A stretch of DNA of 64,000 nt from Takakia lepidozioides. Its lineage: Eukaryota; Plantae; Bryophyta. The notes beneath the pieces were generated by a model. The model was given only the letters and a program-made list of their open reading frames with translations, did not search any database and was not told where the DNA came from. The first letter of the stretch is position 1. Every line of letters starts with the position of its first letter. The stretch spans positions 89,156,001-89,220,000 of the forward strand of contig CM060731.1 in assembly GCA_030704615.1 (NCBI GenBank), given 5' to 3'. This document shows positions 49,156-60,289 of this stretch, piece by piece. Made by a program: the position numbers and the translations under genes.

Positions 49156-52100
49156 ATGGGAGGCCGAGCTCCGCCTCCCCGCCGCCAGCCTCTACCAAAT
49201 TCTTTAACCATGACTAGCTTTATAGGGTTCCACCAAATCTTTATTCTTATCATCTTTATTATCCCCTTTTTTAGCGGATCTGCTAAGTTACCCTTAACCA
49301 CAACTTTAGCTCCATCTACCGCCATAGCTCGTTCTGCAGCTCACCGCACTCCTACAGAGTCCCTTCGTAGTTCTACTTCCCTCCCCCTACCTTGCAAGAA
49401 ACGCCTATCCCCTGAGTCCCACGTAAGCTACTTTTTGTTAGTTTTCATGGAGTTTTGCAGATATATGTCTCTAGCGACTACTCGTAGCCTCCTAGCTCGA
49501 CGGGCCAGACGCATCAAAGCTCAATGCTCTTATCACACCAGCCCGCTCAAGGTCTACAGTCCCAACAGCACAACGTGCCACCAGGCGGTTTCTACACTTC
49601 TACGAGCTGTAGTTATTTTCTCGATACTCACTCTTGCACAGTCAAGTTCCTATGTTTGGCCTCTTCCGGACAGCCCGTGTCATCTTAAGATGGATCAGCT
49701 GATTCTCCACAAGCAGATACTCCGCAGGCCCCCTGACCTGAGCCCGCTTCTTGAGCTGGAGAAATCCTCACAGACGTTTTTGCCAAATCCTCAGCCATAT
49801 GTGAAGGTAGCGTGGAGTATGGTTGCGCATGTTGATATCTCACTAGCAGGACTAGCAGCAGACTTGCACACTTTTCCTTGCTATGACAAGACGTTGAATG
49901 GCCATACCAGTACACACACATGGGCCATGCTGCAGCTGCCGGGCGTGTTGCTTCAGCTGGACCACCAGATGAATGCGAAGGCCAAACGGAATGCGGCAAG
50001 GAGATACTCAACCCCCGGTTATCCCACCTCGAATGTAACGGATGCAACAACATTGTCGCTACTGGTAACAATCTCACTTACTGACTTGCAGCTGAATAAG
50101 AATGTTGGAGGCTTGCAGAACTGCTTTAGGGTCGAAGATGTACTTCAGCTGGCAAGTACACCCCAGAGAAGCATCTCCAATGGAGGAGGCACTCACTCCC
50201 GCCTCACCCCCGCATTGGCATTCACCCCTATTCCCTGGAGGAGGCATTCACCCCCCTGCTTTCACCCCCGCTTTGGGATGACCCCTGGCTTCTCGCGACT
50301 GTGCTTTGAATTAGAGGGCATCTCTATAGTCACAGAAAAATCATACACGCTCTGTATGCTTGGCAATGCCCAGTTCCCAGCGAAAGAGGTTAAGAAAGTG
50401 ACCAAGGATTGCAATGTCATGGTACAACCAAAATATCTTTGCCGACAATCTCCCACCAACCGGGCCACCAAGGGCCGAGTCATCAGTATTGCAGCTTCAG
50501 CTCCTAGGGCTCAATGTAGGGTCTACATCTGTGGCAGCCACTTAACTGATTCCAGCCCCAAGCTTGCAAATAAGCTACCAGTGATAGCTAGATATGCCGA
50601 GCATGAGTGTGGTACAGTGACTCTCAGGAACACATTTCACTGGAGGACCTTGATAGAATACCTTACATCTACTGAGATGGATCACAACAGGCTGCTTGGG
50701 AAGCTACTTGATCAAGGTTGTGCTAACTGTAGTCTATTGGTTTTCTGGGTAGTACTTGGGGGCAAGAGCCCCACCCTGACATCTCGATGGTCTGGCTTGA
50801 ATGGGCACTCTCTTGCTTTGGAGGGCCCTCGGAGATATGAGTCAGGCCAGATATATAAGGTGGTATACCCTGATGGTACAAAGAACAAAGATACGAATGG
50901 TGATTGCAATATCAAAATCTGCCCTCGCATTCGAGCAACTCTCTCTCTGCAGCAGTGTAGTAAGGGGGATGACACCATTTCCAGTACATGGCATTTCCAA
51001 CAACGATATCTCATACCATGCGATGGCAAATTCTTAGAGTTTTATGGCTAGGTGTTGTCAGGCTCGTCAGGTAAGTGGAAGGAGAGGCAAGTTCTTACTA
51101 GGTGCCATCTATACTTTGTTGCCTGCCATGCTGATATATTGAACAACAATATGAGTGGTGATAATGATATCATAATCTGCCTCCACCCCCACAAACAGCT
51201 TCAGTACAAGTACGACAACAACAGGAATGAAAGGGCAGTGATGGAAAGGTATGAAGCACACCCCGCTCGACCCAGAATCCGGGCCCATGTATTTTGTTCC
51301 CCGGCTGTTGTACCATACGATGGCAAATCTATCGGCAGACTCCCCAAAGGGCACTGGTATAATTCTCCTAACCTTCAACATGGCCTGCTACCTGCTTTCA
51401 AACAATCACTGCTTTGGGGCATGCTCCCAGCCACCTATGAGCAATTGGAACATGAAGGTGTGAGACCAGACATGATCATGTTCATCTGTGTTCTCAATGC
51501 GTGTGCCAGTCTTGGTGCCCTGGAAAAGGGCAAAGGGATCCACGCTGATATCATCAAAGCTGGAATCCCATCATATATGAATCTGGAATATATCCTTGTT
51601 GATCTGTATGCCAAATGCGGGGGCATGAAGGAAGCACGGGTACTCTTCAACAATATGAATCAGCGAGATGTGGTCCTATGGAGCTCCGTGACTGCAGGAT
51701 ATGCCCAGCATGATTGTGGCAGGGAAGCTTTTGAGATGTATGTACAAATGCAATGCGAAGGGGTGCAACCCGACAGTGTAACATTCATTTATATTCTCAG
51801 TATGTGTACCACTCTTCCAGCCCCGGGAAAGGACAAATGTGTCCATGCTAACATAATCAAAGCTGGAATCTCACCTGATATCAGTCTGAAGACTGCCCTT
51901 GCTGATATGTATGCCAGTGCTCACCAGCTCCACCTGGAGGCTCAACCTCTTGTCATTGATTCTCATTATGCTTATGGCCCTCTAAGCAAAGATCTTCTTG
52001 CTGATTTATCCCTGCCTCCGCACCAAAAGCGGCAGGCCAGGTTGAATGGCCATGTCAAAGCTGGAATTGTTGTGGAGACCTATGATCAAATGATGGGGGA

Positions 52101-52383
52101 AGGGGTGAAGCCCAACCACATCACATGTGTGTGCATTTGCCATGCTTGTGCAAGCCTGGCAGCCCTGGAGAAGCGCAAAGATGTGCATGTTGACATCATC
52201 AAAGGTGGAGTGGTACCAAATGTTGTCTCCAGCCTCAAACTTGCAAATAAGCTGCCAAGTATGTACACGTCCCCTGAAATATCAGGCATGGAGTTTCAGG
52301 TTGTTATCATCAAAGTTGGCATTATGCAAAATGTCAATCTGAAGACTGCCCTTTCTACCATGTATGCCAAGCCATGTGTTTGA
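49156..52383 (+). pseudogene. Long mosaic reading frame with degenerate PLS-type PPR motifs (one in-frame TAG at 51049-51051)
   Basis: Adjacent same-frame ORFs of 631 and 443 aa. PPR motifs at ~51410-52380 (EGVRPDMIMFICVLNACASLGALEKGKGIHADIIKAG; LVDLYAKCGGMKEARVLFNNMNQRDVVLWSSVTAGYAQH). N-terminal part unrecognisable. Confidence 0.6.
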
Positions 52384-53259
52384 TGACACGCTTAAACGAG
52401 CTGGGTTCTCATGGAGTACAATGATAGCTGGATATGCTGAAAATGGATGCGGTACAGTGGCTTTCTTGAACTCACGTCATTGGAGGCCCTTGATAGAATT
52501 TCTTACAACTTATGAGCTCGATCACATGAATCTGATGGGGTAGCTACTTGATCATGGTGTTATATTAAGAGATGGCAGGAACTCAGTTCTACTGTCTCCC
52601 ATCCTGTTCCATGTATGTCCCTCCCTAGGTTCTCATTATGCTTATGGCCTCTTGCTATGCATACCTGCTGCCTATACAATGCAACCTCCCCCTCCTCTAT
52701 TTTCTGCCCAGAGACCTATGCCCTGAATGCTGGCAATGAGGCCATTTTAAATGCACATAGCCAGGATTATGAACAGCCAGCCACATTACGCAGCCATACA
52801 AGCCCTTACTGGGATATGACTCGACCAGTCTTGTACGAGCACATTCTTGCTGAGGTAGGCTCCTGGCGAAATGAACTTGGACAGGTCATGGTCGCATGCC
52901 ATGCTAGTGCAAAAGACTGTGATATGAGCGGGGTTTGTGTCATCAAAATCTGCCTCCACATTCGAGACACCATCTCCAGCATTTGTCAAGACCTACCTAA
53001 ACCCAAGGCTGCAAAAAGGTGGCCCAGCTTACTGAAGAAGGCCAGGGCCTACACTGATCGGCCTTTGTCTATGATGAGAGCAAGGATTCAAGCAATGAAG
53101 TAGCAGCATAAAGATCAAATACGCCACAGATCCGGACTGGAGAGGTAGTTTGGAGAAGTGGGAGGGTAATTGCCCTAATCACGGTGCCGGCCATTTATGC
53201 CCCTATGTGCTGGATATATCAGCCAACACGTGACTACTTACATGTAACTCTCCATCATG

Positions 53260-53750
53260 CACCAACACCGCAAGTTAGACCATCCAGGGAAGTCACCTTA
53301 CACGCTCTGTGTGATGCCAACTTTACTCCCACTCCTATTGTCAAATGCCACTGTATATGCTTGGTACTTATAACATGAAATCTCAAACTCCACATTTCTA
53401 TGTTCCAGGAGCCTATACCTCCAATGCTGCCATTATCCTGTCGACATCTGATACTAAAACTATTGTTGTTTATGCGTCTGTGCAACCGACCACTTCTGCC
53501 ATCAAGTGCTGCAAATATCCGCCAACAATCACCAATATGCCTACAACTCTCTAGCCTACACCAACACCACGAGACATGCCATCCAGGGAAGTGACCTTAC
53601 ATGCTCCGGTTGCTCCCTACACTGCCTCTAACTATAGATGTCAACTGTTGTTGTTCGTACTTAATACTGGTCCCATGAAATCTCACACTCCACATCTCTA
53701 TGTCCCACGAATCTACACCCTCAATGCTGCCATTATCTTGTCGACTACTG
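53260..53750. repeat. Diverged ~300-bp-period duplication
   Basis: CATCCAGGGAAGT(C/G)ACCTTACA at 53281 and 53580; ATGAAATCTCA..CTCCACAT..CAATGCTGCCATTATC.TGTCGAC at 53375 and 53675. Confidence 0.75.
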
Positions 53751-54849
53751 GCTCCCTTTCCCTTCGCCTGAGAGAAAGTTACAACACTGCCATCTACCCT
53801 AATTTATGGTGCATTGTAAGGATGTCTGTACTGCAGCCCGCATGTGGATCACACCAACAATCAATTTCTGTTGCAAGCTGCTAGCCCCCTTCGACTCTGC
53901 CGATTGGAGTCCCTGCCTACCACCTTGCTCGTGTACTTCCCCGACTCGCTGCGCTCCCTCACATGCGCCAACCTATTGCACTACAGGAAAAGGGGGGCCT
54001 TTGCGATGCTCGCGCCATGCCGCGGCCACGCCGCAGCGTCGGGAAAACGCCCTTTTCGGGCACGCGGTAGGCGCAGAATTTGCGATGCCCGGCCGTTGCC
54101 CAGCAGTCGCATGGGCGTCGCCAAAATGACGTCGCAAAAATGCGACGTATGGGGGTCGCGAGCCCCCGCCCCAACTCCCGCGACTGCCGGACGTCGGTTT
54201 TTTAGGCTGTCCGCGCCGATGGCAGGGGCTTCTTCGAGCGACGTCTCGCCGTCGCGGCCCTCCAGCTGACGACGTTGGTGGGGGCGCCGGCGCGGCGTCG
54301 CATCCTTTTTTTTTCTAACCTACCCAGGAGTCCCATCCTAAAACCCAAAAACACGTGGCGTAAGCCGGGTGGTACGCCAAGCGACTATTGGGCGTGGCAA
54401 AAAAACAGCAGGAGCAGAAGTCGGTCTTCGCCACGCCCAGGCGTGGGTTGTTGCGACGCTCCGGCGTCGCTTTTGTTTTATATTTAATTTTTAAAAAAAA
54501 GACGTGGCGCAAGCAGGGTGGCGGTCTCCGCGACGCCAGGGCGTCGCGGCTTGCGACCCCGCCCAAAAAACACGTCGCCATTGGCGACGTGCTACAGTCG
54601 CGAGGGCAGCCTGGTGGGGGGGGTTGGGGGTTGGGGGTTGATTTTGGGGGTGAATTGGGGGTGGTTTTTATTTTTTTGCTTGGTTTTGTATTTGGGGATA
54701 GGAGACCTTACAGTTCCATTTCTCTGATTTAGCATGTACACAATTGAGCAAGCATAAATCGAGGGTGAGGACGGTGCGACACATGAATAAGATGGAAGAT
54801 GGAAAGATGGAAATATATTTACAGGAAATGAGCTGAAAAGCTCACAAGG

Positions 54850-57054
54850 GTTCAGTAGGCTGCCCTGGGACCTACATGGACTAGGACTAGTCATCCTCAT
54901 CCTCATCCTCAGTGGAGGACTCAGAGCTATTCGATGAGCCTGATGACTCCGCGCCCTTTGCCAGAGCACGTAAATGAGGCGGTGTTCCCCTAAGTCCCAC
55001 AGAGCTCTCATCCAATCCCTGGCCATGACCTCGACCTCATCTATACTAGTGCCCTGTAGTGCACTCATCCCCTCTGTGTTGGCCATGTTCTTCATGAGGG
55101 ATTGCCAACCATGCTCCCTGGCGTAGTTGTATGGAGCTCAGAAATGAAGACATAACATAAAAAATCCATAGGGAAGTACGACTTACAAATCGCAAGATAA
55201 AACCCTTGGATCCGCCAACGCCCCACTTGTGTGTGGATTTGTACTTGTCAAGGCGGACAGTTGTTGCTTCGCGTGCCCGGTCAAATTTGGCCTTGTTTGC
55301 GGCATCAGTCTCTCCCGCAATGAGTGCATCCCACGATACCTATGCACCCCCCCCCCCCCCCCAACAATTAGTGAATTACACACATACGTTGCATCAAATC
55401 CACCTCATTAATGCACATGCGACAAATGGAAGGTGACATGATTCAGGATTTGCCAACCTGTGTAATTCCATAAGATGGTTTGGGTATGGCCCCCTTTTTC
55501 ATTGCCCTCCGAATGATTTGTCTAGCACGGTACCTCATGTCCTTCAAGTTTTGCCCCACCATCTCCATCACCCTTGTGTCACTCCAATTGCCCGGAAACC
55601 GGCGGTCTAACTCACGGGCATACGCCCGCTTCGCGCCAAAGTGCTGATCAGCCTCGATGTGCAAAGGGAACCACCTCAATGCGAGTTCAAAGGCTGGCTT
55701 CTTCATAGCCTCCCAGAACGCACCGCAGGGGTCACCATGGCGATTCACCTCCACCGGTGGCACCACGATCTTTGCCAACTCCACGTCCTGTATCGCCAAG
55801 GCCATCCCACCATCTCCCTTCTTTGTAGCCTCCTTCCCCTGCTCCTTTGTTACCCCACTGCCCTCCCCCGCATGCATACTCACTCCTTCCTCTCCATGGG
55901 ACTTCTTTTTCTTTTTCTTCTTTTCCTTCCCCTTCTCCACGACCATCTCCTTCCCCTTCCCCGCTACTTCCTCTCTCTCCTTCTCCCTCTCCCTTCTCCC
56001 TCTCTCCTTGGCAGCCCCTTCATTGATGGTAAAAGGGATCTCGAGAGATTGAGGCCTCTTCTTCTTACCTTTGGTGTTCGGATCCTTCATGAACACCACG
56101 TGCTCTCCCTCATTGGCAACCCCACTGGACTGCACCAATGAGGCCAGCCATGTTGCTGCCTCCTGAAGACAAATAACCCCTCCAAATTCAAAAAAAGAAA
56201 CAAACAACAAAGAAAATCATGCATGGAAAGGAAAGGAAAAATCATGGAACAAGGTGCGACAGTTGTACCTTTGCAAGCTTGTCCGACTCACCCCTGGTGT
56301 CACCCGATGTGGGAGGAGTCCCCGTTGCCGGATGTACCCGCTCTATTCCTTCCCGGAGCGCCACTGGAAGTAGATTCCAGATGTGGAGCATAGCCGGCGG
56401 CGGCGCCCCGTAGTCCAAGCCCTTCTTTGCTGACCACTCAGGCTCAGGGGGCGGTGTCGCTGATCGGCTAGGCTGCTCCGAACCGGCCCATACCTCCTCC
56501 TCTCCCCCCCCCCCCAAATGCGTATCAGGGTAGAAGCCCTCACTCGGCTTGACTTCTTCGAGGCGCTTCGCTATCTTGGCCACTTCATTGGCCCTCCTCG
56601 TCTCCTCCTCCCTCATCGACAACATTGGGCTGGCAATGGAGGCTTTCAAATGCCCTTGAACCTGACGTTGGGCCTTGGCAAGTGCAGCCTTTGCTGCGAA
56701 GGAAGGGGTCGCTATCGGGGTGACATCCAAAAGGTGCCCATACCGGGCCCCTGAACGGGTGATATGCTTGTCAAGGTACATTTCACCTGTCTTGGTGGCC
56801 GGGGGTGTGCTCAACTGAGCATCCGGCTCAGCAATAACCTCCCGAATAGGAGAGCTGGCTGAGCCGGCCCCTAGCGCATCCAAGATGTGGACAAGAGGGG
56901 GGGTACTGGCCTCGGGGGGCAGACGAGCCGTCCGGCTGCGGCTGTCGACGGGGCTGGTTAACCGTGAGACGCCCTGGCGCGTCACACGTGCCGGCAGAGC
57001 AAACGGATTGTCCGCCCCTTTCTTTGGGGTAGGGGACTTCTTCTCTTTCCCCAT
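54850..57054 (-). CDS. CACTA TnpA-like protein (spliced; 3' end possibly degenerate)
   Basis: Exons ~57054-56269, 56162-55458, ~55339-55185 and ~55137-54850. Motifs MEMVGQNLKDMRYRAR..PKPSYGITQ|VSWDALI..KAKFDRAREAT..HKWGVGGSKG resemble the En/Spm TnpA (Transposase_24) W..L..K....H..G.GG pattern. Confidence 0.6.
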
Positions 57055-57927
57055 AAGCTGGCATCTGTAATGGAAACCCACAAGTTGGCCTCATTAGGAA
57101 CATTCCAGATCAAAAACAAAAAAAAACCAAGCATGTCGGGGGCTGAGAGCAGCAAGTGCTCGGGGTCTCGAGAGGGGGCAACAAAGAGAGAAGAAAAAGG
57201 TTGGGGGGGGGGGGGAGTGACTGAGCACCACCACCAGCTGCTGAGCACCACGGGCTCAGTCACCCCCCCCCCCCCCCCCATTTTTTTTTTTTTTTTTGGT
57301 TTCATGATCTCGGGGGATGCTAGAGTGTGAGCCTAGCCACGTGAGCCCAGGACATGTGGCATGATTTTGGGAAAGATGCGGCATCTATTTCCATGGAAGA
57401 GGATCCATTACCGCAGAAACACGTCTTCATCCATATTAACCCTGCAACCCCAAACAGAAACCCTAACCCTTGTTAGCCTCAGGGACCCACCTCAACCCCG
57501 ACAGTGAACCTCGCCATCCCACCCCTGTGCATGATACTGCGCACTGACATCGTCCATGGGACCATCCATGCATGCAACATTCATCCACAATGTACATCCA
57601 ATCGGGGTTCATCCATCCAAAAACATCCATCCTCCATCCATCCAACCAAATATTGGTGTGATGGCATATGTCGAATGACTGTCTACTGGACTATGCACAT
57701 ATTCATCTCTGTTGAAAAACTTTTATTGAATGCACACGGTTGAATTTGAGAGCAATGATTAGAATGAAACACTTTCAAATGCGCAGGACGCGGGGGAGAG
57801 AATGTTTCAATTCAGGGATGTGAATTTCATTGTAGTCCGTGCTCATTAGAACGGATGGTGGGAAGAGAAATGGTGGTGCAACGGAAAACGGAGAATGTGT
57901 CCCCTCATGTTTCATAAATGAATGCCC

Positions 57928-59243
57928 TCAAGTACATCCGTAGGTGGTATCAACACTGCTACTGCTACCACCTGAATCTGCTGAACTGCTAGAAGTATTG
58001 CTACCACCTAAAACTGCTGCACTATCATCTATGAAGAGGTGCCTGAGCGTCTTCCTGGAACTCCAACGCAAAGGTAGGGGAGAAAGCACAGCTGCTTGCA
58101 CACGAGCAATGTCTTCCGCGTAATCGGGAAGGACATAATTAGGAGGTGGGCTCCAGCACAAGTCCCTCAAGTATATGGAAGACAGGGGCCACGGGAGTGC
58201 GTTCACATTCCTACAATCAGAAATGCACCATTTGGGTAACAATCAGACAACAGAAGGGGACGCGACAGAGCATATACACAGGGATCAAATAGACAGAAAA
58301 TGAACTTACTCACATGAAAAGTCATTGTCCAGGTCTTTGTCGTCACCGTCGAGGATATCAATTTACGCAGTGACATCCTTGACATTGGAGGTAGACGCGC
58401 CCCCTTGCAACTCGGCGAGGAGGCCAGTGAAAATATCTGCATCTCCTTCCATACCAAACAAGTGCCTGCCATCTGCCTTGTAAGCATGGTAAGAAGCGCA
58501 TGCAAGAGACAAATTGAAGGAATTAGAGTTTTAGAATATTGAGTAAAGAAGGTGAAAAGAAATCGATGACAAAAGCAAGAAGAGAAACATGTGCCGAGAG
58601 TGAGATCTATGATGCGGGCCCCTGGCTGAGAACAACTCTCAATGATCGTTTGGATAAAAGCCGGGCTTTTTTCACGGGCCCCTCTCCAAGGCGTTCCATT
58701 TGGCTTTTGCAAACATACGTTGGAGTCGACATAGTTGTAGTGCATGTCGTCGACGACAGGATCGAACCTCTCGTTTATGAAACATCATCCCCCATGAAGC
58801 TCGAACTCCACCACTGTGGTGGGAGTCGACAGTGGATGTACCCTCATAGACAGACGGCCTCAAATAGACGGGTCTGCAATGAAGAGGCCAATAATTAGTG
58901 AGGAATGTTTCATAGCACATCTGGGTGGGAGTGCAGACCCATTCTGGATGGAACTGGTTCACAGTCATTGCTCATGCACCGCCATAACTGAGTGCGCTGA
59001 AGCACTCAATTCAGGCAGTGCGATCAGCATGACTTCATAACAGTCAGTACAGTGGAACTTCAACAGAGAAGGCATAAAAACGAAGTATTTGAAACCCACC
59101 TTCTGCCCTGGGCAATCCCCCTTCGTCAGATATAGGCTATTGACACAGTTCCAGGTCTTGATAATCCGCATCCCCGAGGCTTTCAAGTAGCTTGCCAGCT
59201 CCCGACGACATCTCATCGTGACAGATTGTATGATAACCAATAA
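57928..59243 (-). pseudogene. N6-adenine/N4-cytosine (beta-class-like) DNA methyltransferase homologue, 5'-truncated, intron-containing
   Basis: Spliced reading REKSPAFIQTIIESCSQPGARIIDLTLGT|(G)ASYHAYKADGRHLFGMEGDADIF matches the KP..L...I...S.PG..VLDPF.GSGT..AA...GR..IG.E.D pattern. Upstream exon LLVIIQS..YLKASGMRIIKTW..TRLFEAVCL fits the preceding strands. GT-AG intron 59099..58874; one acceptor mutated; stops and frameshift; no DPPY/SPPY motif in the retained part. Confidence 0.72.
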
Positions 59244-59517
59244 ATTTATTTTAAAAAATAAATAAATAAAAATAAATAAAATTGGTTCCCTCTCCTCCAC
59301 CCCCCCCCCCAGAGAACTGAGTGCGTCAACGCACTCAATTTCTTCATGATCATGATTTCATGATGATCATCGACGACAGGTGCGGGTCCGGATTTTCACC
59401 CCGGGTACCCGACGGGTTTTAGGGGAAACCCAAAACCCCCCCCACCTCCCCTCCCCTGAGAACTGAGTGCGTCAACACACTCAATTTTTTCATGATCATG
59501 ATTTCAGGATGATCATA
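58986..59517. repeat. Repeated palindrome AA(C/T)TGAGTGCGTCAACGCACTCAATT and ~70-bp direct repeat
   Basis: Copies at 58986-59011, 59315-59340 and 59461-59486, plus a partial copy at 60188-60207. Confidence 0.85.
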
Positions 59518-59589
59518 CGAACTGGAGATGGGCAAGTTGGAGGACGCTAGCTTTCGTCTGCACCAATCTGTGGCGTCGACTCTTGGTGG

Positions 59590-60036
59590 CCTTGCTGCTA
59601 TGGTGCCTCCTCCAGCCGATACTTTGCATCCCACAAGAAGGAATGGCAAAACAGTGCATCAGGTGGCTTCCGGGCCTGATCACGATGCGAAGGTGGAATC
59701 GGCCAGACTACTTCAGGCTCAGGTAACAGGAACTATGGAAGTACCTTCACATGGGTATGGACGGGTTTATACTTCACATCTGGGTCTGTTTTGCACGACA
59801 GGGCCTATCAGGTGACGGTGGGAAATTTTCCGGGGTGTACTTGTCCCAACTTCATGTGCATGCGTGAGGAAGCTCTAGGAAAGAGAGGGAAATGGGTTCC
59901 CTGCAAGCATCTTTACTACATCTTTTTGCGCGGGATGTATTGTGATCCCAAAAGAGACCAAATCATTCACCAGGCGACACTAGGTCCTGGTGAGGTACGG
60001 ACACTTTTGCAGCGAGACATTGGCAATATCGAGTAG
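59590..60036 (+). pseudogene. 3' fragment (SWIM finger) of a gene homologous to the transposon A transposase
   Basis: KVESARLLQAQV..GYGRVY..HDRAYQVTVGNFPGCTCPNF..LGKRGKWVPCKHLYYIF..CDPKRD..IHQAT aligns with ~9970-10414. Confidence 0.9.
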
Positions 60037-60289
60037 TGTTGCATATGTTGCGATTTTTCGCAATGTCGGAAAGGGCTGCCTTGTTTGTAGAACATGTATA
60101 CACAATTATTAAATCTGGACAAGCAGGCAATGTCTCGTTATGAAATGTAGTTTATTTTTTCATCGGGTTTGGTTAACGAGCCTCTAAAATTGAGTGCGTC
60201 AACGCACACCACTTCTGCCCCCACCCCCAATATTGCCCCGGGCCCAAAAAAAAAAAAAAAAAAAAAAAATTGTTCGAGGGCCTGTCAAA

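Noticed and set aside
59380-59387. GTGCGGGT as a GCM binding site
   Set aside because: A single 7/8 match to ATGCGGGT is expected by chance in this much sequence.
60033-60041. GTAGTG followed by TTG, matching the left end TTG|CACTAC as a possible right TIR with 3-bp TSD for transposon B
   Set aside because: Only 6 bp of TIR match, there are no subterminal repeats, it overlaps the SWIM gene stop codon, and element-specific motifs continue at 60188 and 61952. Probably chance, though not excluded.
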